Positions 33,694-44,065 of a DNA stretch of 51,872 nucleotides are shown here, piece after piece. The DNA lies in contig CAYVAX010000003.1 of assembly GCA_964449235.1 (NCBI GenBank), positions 1 to 51,872 of the forward strand. Direction: 5' to 3'. Position 1 is the first letter of the stretch. Each line of letters starts with the position of its first letter. Under the pieces are notes generated by a model. That model did not search any database, had not been told where the DNA came from, and saw nothing but the letters and a program-made list of their open reading frames with translations. This DNA comes from an uncultured Candidatus Saccharibacteria bacterium (lineage in GTDB: Bacteria > Patescibacteriota > Minisyncoccia > RBG-13-40-8-A > JAUWHN01). A program made the translations under genes and the position numbers.

Positions 33694-36300
33694 ATGGCTA
33701 GACATCGAAAACCTAATTTCTGGACAAAAATAAAATTAGCGTTATACACCAGAAAACATAAACAAAAAAGGCGCTGGCTAAAGCGACTATTTGTTATTGC
33801 CCTCTGGCTATTTATCATCGGCTGTATTGGAGTATTAATCGTTTTTGCTTACTACTCCAAAGATCTTCCCAACCCAGATAAGCTTGCCCAAAGACAGGTT
33901 GTACAATCCACAAAAATTTATGACCGCACAGGTGAAATTTTGCTTTATGACATCCACGGAGAAGAAAAAAGAACAGTAGTAGACTTTGAAGAAATTCCTC
34001 AATACATGAAAGACGCCACCATTGTTATTGAGGATGATAATTTTTATCATCATTTCGGACTTGATTTCAAAGGAATTTTGAGAGCGTTCTGGGCGAATAT
34101 AAAAGGGCAGCGAATTTTACAGGGAGGATCAACAATTACCCAACAATTTATTAAAAACGCGATTCTCTCTCCAGAAAGAACATTAACCAGAAAAATTAAA
34201 GAAGCAATTTTAGCTATTGAGCTAGAAATTAAATATTCTAAGGATCAAATTCTAGATTTCTATTTAAACCAGGTTCCTTACGGATCCAATGCTTATGGCG
34301 TAGAAGCAGCAGCAACGACTTTTTTCAATAAACACACTCAAGAGCTAACATTAGCAGAATCAGCATTATTAGCAGCATTACCTAAGGCCCCCAGCTATTA
34401 TTCTCCTTATGGTTCTCGCCCTGAACAATTAAAAGCCAGGCAAGAACATATTTTAGATCGAATGGTAGAATTTGGATATATTAATTCTGGACAAGCAGAA
34501 CAGGCGAAACAAGAGAAACTAGAATTCGCAGCTAAAACTCAAGGAATAAAAGCGCCTCATTTTGTAATGTATGTTCGAGAATATTTAGATGAACGATATG
34601 GAAGAAATTTTATTGAGAAAAAAGGATTAAAGGTGTATACCACTATTGATTGGGAGCTTCAAGAATTAGCTGAACAAGTAGTTTCTGAAATTGCAGAGAA
34701 AAATAGAAAAAATCACAACGCTCATAACGCTTCTTTAGTAGCTATAGATCCTAACAGCAACCAAATTTTAGCTATGGTCGGATCTAAAGACTATTTTGGA
34801 GAACCAACTCCTGAAAATTGCATTTCTGGAAAAACCTGTTTATTTGATCCCAATGTGAATGTAAGTATTAGATTACGTCAGCCTGGATCTTCATTTAAAC
34901 CTTTTGCATATGCTACTGCATTTAAAAAAGGATATACTCCAGAAACAATAATTTTTGATTTAGAAACTGAATTTAGTACTTCTGAAATTAAGAGTTATAA
35001 GCCTAGAAATTATGATGAAAAATTTAGAGGACCAGTAACTTTTCGAAAAGCATTGGCGCAATCACTTAATATTCCAGCAGTAAAAGTATTGTATTTAGCA
35101 GGGGTTAATGAAACTATAAACACGGCCGAGGATTTAGGAATCACAACTTTAAAAGATCGCTCACGTTATGGTCTATCTTTAGTTCTCGGTGGAGGAGAAG
35201 TAACTTTATTGGAAGAAACTTTTGCATTTTCGGTCTTAGCAGCTGAAGGAGTAAAAAATTATCCTACTCCAGTATCAATTATTAAAATAGAAAATCAAGA
35301 AGGAGAAGTTTTAGAAGAATATAAGAAACAGTCAACTAGAGTTTTAGATGAACAAATAGTAAGATTAGTAACTGATATTTTATCCGATAACCAAGCACGA
35401 GCACCAATGTTTGGTGAATATTCCAGCCTTTATTTAGGAGAACGACCTGCAGCTGCTAAAACTGGTACTACTCAAGAATATCGAGATGGTTGGACTGTAG
35501 GATATACCCCTTCTTTAACAGTAGGTGTTTGGGCGGGAAACAATCACCCTGTTTCTATGCCTCGAGGATCAGGAGCAGCTGTTGCTGCCCCTATTTGGAA
35601 TAAATTTATGACCCAGGCTTATAAAATAAAATCAGAAAATAATCAACAAACGGAAATTAAAAATGAGTTTAAATTACCAAAAGAAATTGAATATTTTACT
35701 GAACCTCGAGAAATTGAAACTGACAAACCTATTTTAAATGGAAATTTTGCTAATGAAATTACAGCAGAAGTAGATAAAGTTTCTGATAAATTAGCTACAG
35801 AATACACTCCTCCGGAATTAATTATTGAAAAAGTTTATCGAGAAGTCCATTGTATTTTATATTATCTAAATAAAAACAACCCCCAAGGAGATGGAAATAG
35901 TCGAAATGATCCTCAATTTAACAACTGGGAACCTCCAGTCATTAAATGGGCTCTTTCTTCAGAAAGAAAGGAAGAATACAATACGCCTCCTCCTCAAGAA
36001 TATGATGATGTTCATAGTGAAAAAACCTGGCCTGAAATTAAAATAGAATATCCAAAAAATAATGAGAAAATAAAAGATAATACAATTAAAATAAGAGCTT
36101 CAGCTGAAGCTCCTCTAGGATTTAAACAAATTGATTTCTTTTTTGATAATAAATTAATAGGAACAGACAGAACTAAACCCTATCAAGTATATTATTCTAT
36201 TCCTGATGATCTTGAACAAGGAGAATATCAAATTACAGTTAGAGTATACGATCAATATGGTGCTCGGCAAGAAGATGTGATTACAATATTCAAATATTAA
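33694..36300 (+). CDS. class A penicillin-binding protein (glycosyltransferase + transpeptidase) with C-terminal Ig-like extension
   Basis: 868 aa with an N-terminal TM anchor. GT51 motifs EDDNFYHHFG and GGSTITQQ. Transpeptidase motifs SSFK and KTGT. Confidence 0.9.
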   Translation: MARHRKPNFWTKIKLALYTRKHKQKRRWLKRLFVIALWLFIIGCIGVLIVFAYYSKDLPNPDKLAQRQVVQSTKIYDRTGEILLYDIHGEEKRTVVDFEEIPQYMKDATIVIEDDNFYHHFGLDFKGILRAFWANIKGQRILQGGSTITQQFIKNAILSPERTLTRKIKEAILAIELEIKYSKDQILDFYLNQVPYGSNAYGVEAAATTFFNKHTQELTLAESALLAALPKAPSYYSPYGSRPEQLKARQEHILDRMVEFGYINSGQAEQAKQEKLEFAAKTQGIKAPHFVMYVREYLDERYGRNFIEKKGLKVYTTIDWELQELAEQVVSEIAEKNRKNHNAHNASLVAIDPNSNQILAMVGSKDYFGEPTPENCISGKTCLFDPNVNVSIRLRQPGSSFKPFAYATAFKKGYTPETIIFDLETEFSTSEIKSYKPRNYDEKFRGPVTFRKALAQSLNIPAVKVLYLAGVNETINTAEDLGITTLKDRSRYGLSLVLGGGEVTLLEETFAFSVLAAEGVKNYPTPVSIIKIENQEGEVLEEYKKQSTRVLDEQIVRLVTDILSDNQARAPMFGEYSSLYLGERPAAAKTGTTQEYRDGWTVGYTPSLTVGVWAGNNHPVSMPRGSGAAVAAPIWNKFMTQAYKIKSENNQQTEIKNEFKLPKEIEYFTEPREIETDKPILNGNFANEITAEVDKVSDKLATEYTPPELIIEKVYREVHCILYYLNKNNPQGDGNSRNDPQFNNWEPPVIKWALSSERKEEYNTPPPQEYDDVHSEKTWPEIKIEYPKNNEKIKDNTIKIRASAEAPLGFKQIDFFFDNKLIGTDRTKPYQVYYSIPDDLEQGEYQITVRVYDQYGARQEDVITIFKY

Positions 36301-36585
36301 TCATCTTACTTTACTAACAATATCTTTTACTACTGATTCTTCTAATTCTTTATTTATTCTATTTTTAATTCCTTGTTTGCGAAGTTGGATTTCATTGGAT
36401 AATACAGAATTTGCACAATTTATTTGAATAATTGAATTTTTAAAAAAAGCGGCTTTTGCCTGATCTGTATCAAAAGCCTCTTTTAATATTCGATTAGTTA
36501 TTTCACAAACTTTTACTGCTTCTAGTTGTTGCTTTATTTCCTTACGTTTAAGAAATTTGGAAATAAGAGATTTAATTGGAAGCAT
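36301..36585 (-). CDS. DUF721/DciA-like protein
   Basis: 94 aa immediately downstream of dnaN. Size, position and the FKNSIIQINCANSVLSNEIQLRK pattern fit DUF721. Confidence 0.55.
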   Translation of the reverse strand: MLPIKSLISKFLKRKEIKQQLEAVKVCEITNRILKEAFDTDQAKAAFFKNSIIQINCANSVLSNEIQLRKQGIKNRINKELEESVVKDIVSKVR

Positions 36586-36586
36586 A

Positions 36587-37726
36587 TTACAATTTAATTG
36601 GCATTATTACATAAATAAATTTGGAATCATCTACAGGCGTTAATATTCCAGGATTAGTTTCTCCATTTAATCCTAAACTTACTTTATTACTATTAATACC
36701 ATTTAAACCATCTAAAAGATATTTATGATTGAAAATAATTTCTACTTCTTTTCCTTTTATTTCTGATTTTAATTCTGAAACATTTTCTCCAGTTTCCGTA
36801 TCTTGAGCATAAATTTTAATTAAAGATTTTTTAGGAATAACCTTTAACCTTATATCATTAATTCTACTGCTAAATAAACTGGTAACTTTAACTGCCTTTA
36901 AAAATTTATCTGTATCTACTTTTAAACTAGTTTCAAATTTATCAGAAATAAGTTGTTTATAATTAGGATAAGACCCTTCAATTAATCGAGAAATAATTTG
37001 AGAATTAGAAGTTTTGAATAATATTTGATTTTGCTCAACTGACATTTCTACTATTGTATCCTCTTCCTCGCTAAGAATTCTCATTAATTCCTGTATTGTT
37101 CTTGAGGGTACAATAATTGATTTTTTAAATTTTGCTTTTTTATCAGAAGATAAACTTATTTCTTTCTTATTTTTACCAATTAAAATAGTTTTTTCACCTA
37201 ATCGAAAACTATCTGTAGTTACAAATTTAATTTGCTTAGGATTAATATCAATTAGCACTCCTGAAATTTCCGGCCGAATATCAGAAACAGAACTAAAGTT
37301 TATTATTTGGCTTAAAGCTTTATTTAATTTATCAGCTTTTATTTTTAATATTGGCTTACTTTTTATTTTAGGAACAATAGGAAATTCTTTAGCTCCAACT
37401 CCTTTAATGCTAGATTTAAAATTTTCGCATTTTATCTGAAGAGAGTTATTTTTATTACTTTTTATTTCTACTTTTTTATCTGGAAGATTATTCACCAGAT
37501 CACTAAATAATTTTGCAGGTATAGTAATTTCTCCATCTTTTTTCACTTTACAGGGACTCCAGTGAAGAATTGCAATTTCTAAATTAGTGGCTACTAATTT
37601 AAGTTGTTTATTTTCTATTTTTAATAAAATATTATTTAAAATTGGAAGAGTTAAATTTTTTCCAATAATATTTTGAATAATATTAATTCCTTTTTTTAAG
37701 TTTTTTTGTAAAGCAGTTATTTCCAT
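36587..37726 (-). CDS. dnaN: DNA polymerase III beta sliding clamp
   Basis: 379 aa. The N-terminus LPILNNILLKIENKQLKLVATNLEIAI is typical. It lies downstream of dnaA. Confidence 0.9.
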   Translation of the reverse strand: MEITALQKNLKKGINIIQNIIGKNLTLPILNNILLKIENKQLKLVATNLEIAILHWSPCKVKKDGEITIPAKLFSDLVNNLPDKKVEIKSNKNNSLQIKCENFKSSIKGVGAKEFPIVPKIKSKPILKIKADKLNKALSQIINFSSVSDIRPEISGVLIDINPKQIKFVTTDSFRLGEKTILIGKNKKEISLSSDKKAKFKKSIIVPSRTIQELMRILSEEEDTIVEMSVEQNQILFKTSNSQIISRLIEGSYPNYKQLISDKFETSLKVDTDKFLKAVKVTSLFSSRINDIRLKVIPKKSLIKIYAQDTETGENVSELKSEIKGKEVEIIFNHKYLLDGLNGINSNKVSLGLNGETNPGILTPVDDSKFIYVIMPIKL

Positions 37727-37965
37727 ATTTTTGAAGAATAATAATTATTAGTTTCTTAAATTTAAATAAATATTATTATTATTAAGGATTAAATTTCTGG
37801 GGAAAAGCTAATAATTTAGCTTAGCTAACCATACTTTTATAGATAAGAAATTGAGGAGATATTGTGTAGAAGATTGGTAATAAAATAGGATAAAATTATA
37901 GTTATTGAATTAACTTAAAATTACTACCTGTTTCTCCACAATTTTTAAATAAACTTATTAACAAG
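37727..37965. other. dnaA-dnaN intergenic region, possible oriC part
   Basis: 239 nt and very AT-rich. One 8-of-9 DnaA box TTCTCCACA at 37932-37940, plus weaker matches. Confidence 0.3.
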
Positions 37966-39351
37966 TTATGAAATGTTATTGTATAGACGTTGACAGATTA
38001 AATTCAATTCTTCTTCAAAGTCAGTATTATTCTCTTTTTCTTTTTCTACTTTTTCACAAGCGTAAATAGCAGTAGTATGGTCTCTTCCTCCTAGTTTTGA
38101 TCCAATAAAAGGATAAGAACTTTTTAATTCTTTACGTAATAAGTACATTGCAATCTGTCTGGGTTTTACAATTTCTTTTTTTCTACTTCTATTAGTTAAA
38201 TCCTTAAAATCAATGTCATAAAAATCAGCTACTGCTTTTATAATTTGTTTATGTGTAGTTCTTTTTTGAGGATTGGAAATAATAGTTTTAAGAATTTTTA
38301 CTACTTGTTTTTTATCAGGAACAGTATTATTTAATCTTATAAACGCAATCACTCTATTTAACGCTCCTTCTAATTCCCGAATATTTTTTTGGATATTAGA
38401 AGCAACATAATTTAAGATGTCGTCAGGTAATTCCAAATCCAATTCCTTTAACTTTGTTTTTAAAATTACAACCCTGGTTTCAAAATCCGGCCATCCAATA
38501 TCAGCAATCATTCCTCCTTCAAATCTCGATCTTAATCGTTCTTCGATGGTAGGAATTGCTTTAGGTGGCCGATCACTACTTAAAATAATTTGTTTATTGT
38601 TCTCATAAAGAGTATTAAAAGTATGAAAGAATTCTTCTTGAGTTTTTTCTTTACCTGCTAAAAATTGAATATCATCAATTATTAATGTATCTACCTTTCG
38701 GTAATGATTTTTTAATTTATCCATTTCATTACTAGAAATAGCGGAAATAACATCATCAGTAAATTTTTCCGAAGAAACATAAATAACTTTCTTTTTCTGT
38801 TTTTTATTTCCAAATAATTCATTTCCAATTGCTTGTAAAAGATGTGTTTTTCCTGTACCTACTCCGCCGTAAATAAAAAGTGGATTATAAGTATGAGCAG
38901 GCTTTTTTACTACTGATTGTGCAGCCGCATGTGCTAGTTCATTAAAAGATGCGATAACAAAATTATTAAAAGAGTAACGGGAATTTAAGTTGGTTTCTTT
39001 ATCTATTTCTATTTGATCTAAATCAAGCTGTTCTTTAGGAAGTTGAGTTTTAATTTTTTCTTTTGAATCTTTTTTCTTTGTCTGTTTACTGGGTTTAACT
39101 TCCTGCCTGGACTTAATAGTATAGTTTACTTCTTTAATCTCCTTGGAAATATTTCGCAGAGCTTTAAGAATTAACTTATTATATTTATTTTCCAACCACT
39201 CTCTAGTAAAAGCATTAGGCACGCTAATTGTAACCTCTCCTTTTTTCTTGAAAAGGATGTCTGTGTTCTTAAACCAGGTGATATAATTTGCTTCAGAAAT
39301 AGAAAGTTCTATTTCACCTAAAGCAGTTTGCCAGAGTTCTTGATTAGTCAT
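37966..39351 (-). CDS. dnaA: chromosomal replication initiator DnaA
   Basis: 461 aa. Walker A GGVGTGKTHLL, Walker B LIIDDIQFL. C-terminal DNA-binding domain GGRDHTTAIYACEKV. Confidence 0.95.
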   Translation of the reverse strand: MTNQELWQTALGEIELSISEANYITWFKNTDILFKKKGEVTISVPNAFTREWLENKYNKLILKALRNISKEIKEVNYTIKSRQEVKPSKQTKKKDSKEKIKTQLPKEQLDLDQIEIDKETNLNSRYSFNNFVIASFNELAHAAAQSVVKKPAHTYNPLFIYGGVGTGKTHLLQAIGNELFGNKKQKKKVIYVSSEKFTDDVISAISSNEMDKLKNHYRKVDTLIIDDIQFLAGKEKTQEEFFHTFNTLYENNKQIILSSDRPPKAIPTIEERLRSRFEGGMIADIGWPDFETRVVILKTKLKELDLELPDDILNYVASNIQKNIRELEGALNRVIAFIRLNNTVPDKKQVVKILKTIISNPQKRTTHKQIIKAVADFYDIDFKDLTNRSRKKEIVKPRQIAMYLLRKELKSSYPFIGSKLGGRDHTTAIYACEKVEKEKENNTDFEEELNLICQRLYNNIS

Positions 39352-39505
39352 ACTATTACAAAAGTAATCTTTAATTAAAAATAAGTCAATAGCTTAATTT
39401 TGTTAAAAAATTGTGGACTGACTGGGGATAAGCATAAAAGTTGACCCCAGCCTTCACTTAATGTTAATCTAAAAGTAATAAAAAATCAAATTAATTTCAA
39501 AAATC
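39352..39505. other. rpmH-dnaA divergent intergenic region, possible oriC part
   Basis: Gene orientation diverges here. An 8-of-9 DnaA box TGGGGATAA lies at 39423-39431. A CTGGGG...CCCCAG hairpin lies at 39422-39450. Confidence 0.35.
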
Positions 39506-39646
39506 ATGGGCAAAGCTATAACTTACAAACCAAAAAAGAAAAAAAGAAAAAGAACTCACGGATTTATTAAACGAAAAAAAACAAAATCTGGGAAACGAAT
39601 TTTAAATCAACGCAGAAAAAAAGGTAGAAAACGTTTAACAGTTTAA
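39506..39646 (+). CDS. rpmH: 50S ribosomal protein L34
   Basis: Not in the ORF track (46 aa). [46 protein letters not shown]. It sits in the canonical position upstream of rnpA. Confidence 0.9.
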   Translation: MGKAITYKPKKKKRKRTHGFIKRKKTKSGKRILNQRRKKGRKRLTV

Positions 39647-39649
39647 TTT

Positions 39650-39982
39650 ATGCTTCCCAGGAAAAATAGACTTCGAAAAAAAAATGATTTCAAGTTAGTT
39701 TTTAAAAATGGAAAAACCATTAATGATGAATTGTTTTTTTTAAAGGTTAAAAAGAATAATTTAGGAATTAATAGGGTCGGCTTTGTTGTCGGTACAAAAA
39801 TATCAAAAAAAGCAACTCTTAGAAATAAAATAAAAAGAAGGTTAACAGAAGTCATTAAGCAAAACTTAGACAAGATTGAATCCGGGCTTGATATAATTGT
39901 GGTTGCTAAACCCAAAGTGATTGATAAAAATTATTTGGAGATTAAACAAAGCGTAGATAATTTATTTAAACAAGTAAAGTAA
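39650..39982 (+). CDS. rnpA: ribonuclease P protein component
   Basis: 110 aa. MLPRKNRLRKKNDFKLVFKNGK. It follows rpmH. Confidence 0.9.
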   Translation: MLPRKNRLRKKNDFKLVFKNGKTINDELFFLKVKKNNLGINRVGFVVGTKISKKATLRNKIKRRLTEVIKQNLDKIESGLDIIVVAKPKVIDKNYLEIKQSVDNLFKQVK

Positions 39983-39985
39983 TTA

Positions 39986-40207
39986 GTGAAGTCAGTATTA
40001 TTAACTACAATTAAGATTTATAAAAAAGTTTTGTCCCCTGTTTTGCATTATCTAATTCCGGGATCTGGTTGCCGATTTTATCCCACTTGTTCAGTCTATA
40101 GCCATCAAGCAATTAAAAAATATGGAGTTATAAAAGGATCTTCAAAAGGTATAAAGCGAATATTAAAATGTCATCCCTTTAATTCTGGAGGATACGATCC
40201 TGTTTAA
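39986..40207 (+). CDS. yidD: membrane protein insertion efficiency factor YidD
   Basis: 73 aa with a GTG start. [26 protein letters not shown]...CHPF..GGYDPV. Confidence 0.9.
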   Translation: MKSVLLTTIKIYKKVLSPVLHYLIPGSGCRFYPTCSVYSHQAIKKYGVIKGSSKGIKRILKCHPFNSGGYDPV

Positions 40208-40212
40208 AAAAT

Positions 40213-40932
40213 ATGGAAATAATTTCTACGATCTTTAATCAAATTCTCTATAAGCCTTTATTTAATTTATTGGTAATTTTATATAATGCTATTCCTGGAC
40301 ATGATTTTGGGATAGCGATTATTTTAATTACACTGTTAATCCGATTTGTATTATTTCCTCTTTCCAAAAAAGGAATCAAGTCCCGGAAATCAATGGAGAC
40401 TCTTCAGCCAAAGATAAAAGAGCTTCAAAAGAAGTACAAAGACGACAAACAAGAACAATCCCGAAAACTAATGGAGGTTTATAAAAAAAATAAAGTTAAT
40501 CCTGCTTCTGGATGTTTGCCTTTAATTGTCCAATTGCCAATTTTGATTGCTCTTTACCGGGCATTTATGGGCGTAACTGATTCTGGCAATTTGGATTTAC
40601 TGTATTCATTTGTTAAAAATCCTGGTTTTATAGATCCCTCCTTTTTGGGTATAATAGATTTATCAAAGGCAAATGTGGTATTAGCAGTTTTAGCCGGAAT
40701 ATTCCAATTTATTCAGAGTAAATTAATGTTTAAATCCAGCTCTCCTTCTAAATCTACTGGTGGAAATAAAATGGCAAGCATGCAGAAAACCATGGGCCGC
40801 CAGATGACTTATTTCATGCCTTTAATTACTATCTTTATTGCATTAAAATTACCAGCCGGTCTCCCCTTATATTGGGCAGTGAGCACTTTATTTGGTATTG
40901 GAGAATATTGGCTGGTTCATCGTGATGAGTAA
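40213..40932 (+). CDS. yidC: membrane protein insertase YidC (short Oxa1-type)
   Basis: 239 aa. LLIRFVLFPLSKKG, MQ..QPKIKELQKKYK, GCLPLIVQLPILIALY. Confidence 0.9.
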   Translation: MEIISTIFNQILYKPLFNLLVILYNAIPGHDFGIAIILITLLIRFVLFPLSKKGIKSRKSMETLQPKIKELQKKYKDDKQEQSRKLMEVYKKNKVNPASGCLPLIVQLPILIALYRAFMGVTDSGNLDLLYSFVKNPGFIDPSFLGIIDLSKANVVLAVLAGIFQFIQSKLMFKSSSPSKSTGGNKMASMQKTMGRQMTYFMPLITIFIALKLPAGLPLYWAVSTLFGIGEYWLVHRDE

Positions 40933-41383
40933 AAAGAAAATTATCAAAAAAATAACCCAAGAGTTATTTAAAAAAATGACTTTTAAGGATGCGATTGTGG
41001 AAGTTGAAAAACAGAAAAAATCTTCAGCATTAATGATCAATGTCCAAGTCAAGCGAGCCAATAGGCTTATCGGTCAAAGCGGTTCCAATCTTAAAGATCT
41101 CCAAAAGATTTTAAGAATATTAATAGCTAAGAAAATTCCTGAACCACCCTTGTTTTTATTAGATATTAATAATTACAGAGAGCAAAGAGAGGAATTTTTA
41201 AAAGGACTGGCTAAAGAATTAGCCGAGCAAGTAGTTGAAAATAAGAAATCAGTTATGCTTCAGCCAATGTCTTCTTATGAACGAAGAATTATTCATTTAG
41301 AGTTAGCAGAAAATAAGGAGGTAGCTACGGAAAGTATTGGGCAAGAACCGGTCAGAAGAGTGGTTATAAACCCTTATGAATAA
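40925..41383 (+). CDS. jag: Jag/SpoIIIJ-associated KH + R3H RNA-binding protein
   Basis: The ORF track starts at 40892. I prefer ATG 40925 (MSKKKIIKK), which overlaps the yidC stop. R3H motif MSSYERRIIHLEL. Confidence 0.8.
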   Translation: MSKKKIIKKITQELFKKMTFKDAIVEVEKQKKSSALMINVQVKRANRLIGQSGSNLKDLQKILRILIAKKIPEPPLFLLDINNYREQREEFLKGLAKELAEQVVENKKSVMLQPMSSYERRIIHLELAENKEVATESIGQEPVRRVVINPYE

Positions 41384-41391
41384 AATTTATT

Positions 41392-42825
41392 ATGGGATTA
41401 ACTGCTAAGATTGCTTACAATACAGCAATTTCCACGATAGGAAAAATAATTGGGGTTGCTCTTTCCTTGATAAGTATTGGGTTTATTGCTCGCTATTTAG
41501 GCCAAGAAGGATTTGGAAGTTATTCCTTAATCTTGGCCTTTTTATCTATCTTCAATGTTTTAGCTGATTTTGGCCTTTACTCTTTAATGGTTAGAGAAAT
41601 TTCTCGTCCTAATGCTGATGAAAAAAAGATTGCCAGCAATATATTTAGTTTAAGAGTAGTGATATTAATAATTTCCTTAGGAATTGCTTTTGGTGCTGTT
41701 TGGTTTTTTCCTTATCCACACATAGTTAAGATCGGGGTTGGCATTGGAGCAATTGCTTTTTTACTTCTTTCTGCTTCCCAAGCATTAATGGGAATATTTC
41801 AAAAGTATTTACATACTGACCGTCCAGCGCTAGCAGAGGTAATTGGGAGAGGAGTTCAGTTGTGCTTGGTGATTATTTTCATTCATTTCAATTTAGGATT
41901 AATTGCTATTTTATTAGCCTTGATTGCAGGCTGTTTTTTTATTTTTATCCTTAATATATATTTTGCTAGAAAATATATTCCTGTAAGATTAAGCTTTGAT
42001 TTTTATTATTGGAAAAAGTTAATTAAAACTGCTTTTCCAATTGCAGTTTCAATTGTTTTAACCTTGATTTATTTTAAAATTGATAGCGTATTTCTTTCTT
42101 TGGGAATCATAAACAGGTCTTCAGCTAGTCCTATTTCAGACGTAGGAGTGTATAATATCGCCTATAAGGTATTAGAAGGATTGATTTTTTTCCCAAGCAT
42201 GTTTGTAGGATTAATCATGCCTTTACTTTCTAAACATGCTTTTAGAGATCAAAAAAAATTCAAACAAGTTTTTCAAAAAGGACTGGACACATTATTAATA
42301 TTTATTGTCCCTGTAATAATTGGACTTTTTCTTTTAGCGTCGCCAATTGCAGTTTTAATTGGAGGAAAAGAATTTATTGCTTCGGGGTCGGTATTAAAGA
42401 TTTTAAGCTTTGCTATTGGAATTATTTTCTTAGGCAGTTTATTTGGCCAGACAATTGTAGCTTTGAATAAGCAAAAAATAGGGGCTTGGATATTTTTTGC
42501 AGGAATGGTGTTTAATATTGTTGCAAATTTAATTTTTATTCCTAAATATTCCTATTTAGGAGCAGCATGGACTACTGTGTTTACAGAATTATTGGTTACA
42601 GTTTTAATGCTCATCTTAATTTGGAAAACCATTTCTTATTTCCCCTCATTTAAAATTATTTTCAAAGCATTATTTGCAGGCATAACAATGGGAGCAGCAA
42701 TTTACTATTTTCAAACTCTAAACTTGCTATTTCTAGTTTTATTAGGAATAATTGTTTATTTGTGTGTCCTGTACGCAGTTAAAGGAATTAAAAAACAGGA
42801 ATTATTGATGTTAATAAAAAAGTAA
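41392..42825 (+). CDS. MOP-superfamily flippase (Wzx/MurJ-like)
   Basis: 477 aa, polytopic with about 12-14 TM helices. The N-terminal pattern is typical of oligosaccharide/lipid II flippases. Confidence 0.65.
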   Translation: MGLTAKIAYNTAISTIGKIIGVALSLISIGFIARYLGQEGFGSYSLILAFLSIFNVLADFGLYSLMVREISRPNADEKKIASNIFSLRVVILIISLGIAFGAVWFFPYPHIVKIGVGIGAIAFLLLSASQALMGIFQKYLHTDRPALAEVIGRGVQLCLVIIFIHFNLGLIAILLALIAGCFFIFILNIYFARKYIPVRLSFDFYYWKKLIKTAFPIAVSIVLTLIYFKIDSVFLSLGIINRSSASPISDVGVYNIAYKVLEGLIFFPSMFVGLIMPLLSKHAFRDQKKFKQVFQKGLDTLLIFIVPVIIGLFLLASPIAVLIGGKEFIASGSVLKILSFAIGIIFLGSLFGQTIVALNKQKIGAWIFFAGMVFNIVANLIFIPKYSYLGAAWTTVFTELLVTVLMLILIWKTISYFPSFKIIFKALFAGITMGAAIYYFQTLNLLFLVLLGIIVYLCVLYAVKGIKKQELLMLIKK

Positions 42826-42835
42826 TTGAAGAATT

Positions 42836-43993
42836 ATGACAAAATTGTTAACTTTGGGAGTATATTTAATAACATTTTGTTTACCGTTATATTTATTAAG
42901 GTTTAAATTATTTACAATTCCAACTACAGTTTTGGAAATAAGTATATACATCTTGTTTATTACCTGGCTAATCTCAAGATTATTTCAAAAAAAACAAAAA
43001 AGCATACAGTGCAGAAAAATACTTTTACCAATCCTTTTAATATTTATTGGAGTTAGCTTATCTACTGTTCTTTCTTCAGATTTAAAAGTTAGTGCAGGGA
43101 TTTGGAAGGCCTGGTTTGTTGATCCTCTGCTGTTTTTTATTGTATTCATCGCAGTCATTAAAAATGCTAACAAGGCTAAATACGTTATTTACAGCTTGTT
43201 CCTGTCAGGATCAACAATGGCAATTATTTCTTTAATTTATTTAATTTCAGGCAAGCTGGATGCGGTTAATCGCTTACAGGCGGTATATAACTCTCCTAAT
43301 TACTTGGGAATGTATTTAGCCCCAGCATTAATTATTGGAGTTTGGATTATTATTCAAAATAGGATTTACAATAAAAACAAAACTAATTTATTTTTTAAAA
43401 TAATCCCCTGGATTTTGAGTGCAATAATTCTTATTTCTCTATGGCATACTCAGTCCTATGGTGCTGGGATTAGCATTATTCTGGCAGTAAGCATAGGCTT
43501 GCTGGTTAAAATCTTTAAATCTCATAGAAAAGCAGCCTGGGGGATATTGATTGCTGCGGTGATATTTGTATCGGTTTTGGGGTTGTTTTCTGTAAACGCT
43601 AAAAGCTCTTCTTTGGGAGCGCGCCTAATTATTTGGGAAAAAGTATTGAGTATATATACACAAAATCCAATTTTAGGAATTGGCCCGGGAACACTTGGAA
43701 ATTATTTCCCTCCTTATCCTCAATGGGGCGTTCCTCAGCCACATAACGTTTTCTTAGCCTTCCTGCTCCAAACTGGGATTGTTGGGTTTATAGGATTTAT
43801 CTGGCTGTTAATTTGGTTTTTTAAAACAGGGCTAAGAAACTTGGAATTAAATAATTTGAATTTGGGATTGATTTTTCTAATGAGCTATACTTTAATCCAC
43901 GGATTAGTAGATACTACTTACTGGAAAAATGATTTAGCAGTAATGTTTTGGGTGATTACGGGGTTGATGCTTATTTTAAACAAGAATAATTGA
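42836..43993 (+). CDS. O-antigen ligase/polymerase-family (Wzy_C) membrane protein
   Basis: 385 aa, polytopic. PILGIGPGTLGNYF...PHNVFLAFLLQTGIVGF is typical of Wzy_C. Confidence 0.7.
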   Translation: MTKLLTLGVYLITFCLPLYLLRFKLFTIPTTVLEISIYILFITWLISRLFQKKQKSIQCRKILLPILLIFIGVSLSTVLSSDLKVSAGIWKAWFVDPLLFFIVFIAVIKNANKAKYVIYSLFLSGSTMAIISLIYLISGKLDAVNRLQAVYNSPNYLGMYLAPALIIGVWIIIQNRIYNKNKTNLFFKIIPWILSAIILISLWHTQSYGAGISIILAVSIGLLVKIFKSHRKAAWGILIAAVIFVSVLGLFSVNAKSSSLGARLIIWEKVLSIYTQNPILGIGPGTLGNYFPPYPQWGVPQPHNVFLAFLLQTGIVGFIGFIWLLIWFFKTGLRNLELNNLNLGLIFLMSYTLIHGLVDTTYWKNDLAVMFWVITGLMLILNKNN

Positions 43994-44015
43994 AAACAAT
44001 TACATGAATTAATTT

Positions 44016-44042
44016 AAAAACCCTCTTTTTCAGAGGGTTTTT
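44016..44042. terminator. bidirectional intrinsic terminator between convergent genes
   Basis: AAAAACCCUCU, loop UUUUC, AGAGGGUUUUU. A and U runs lie on both sides. Confidence 0.8.
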
Positions 44043-44065
44043 AAAATACAATGTTTTTAAATATC

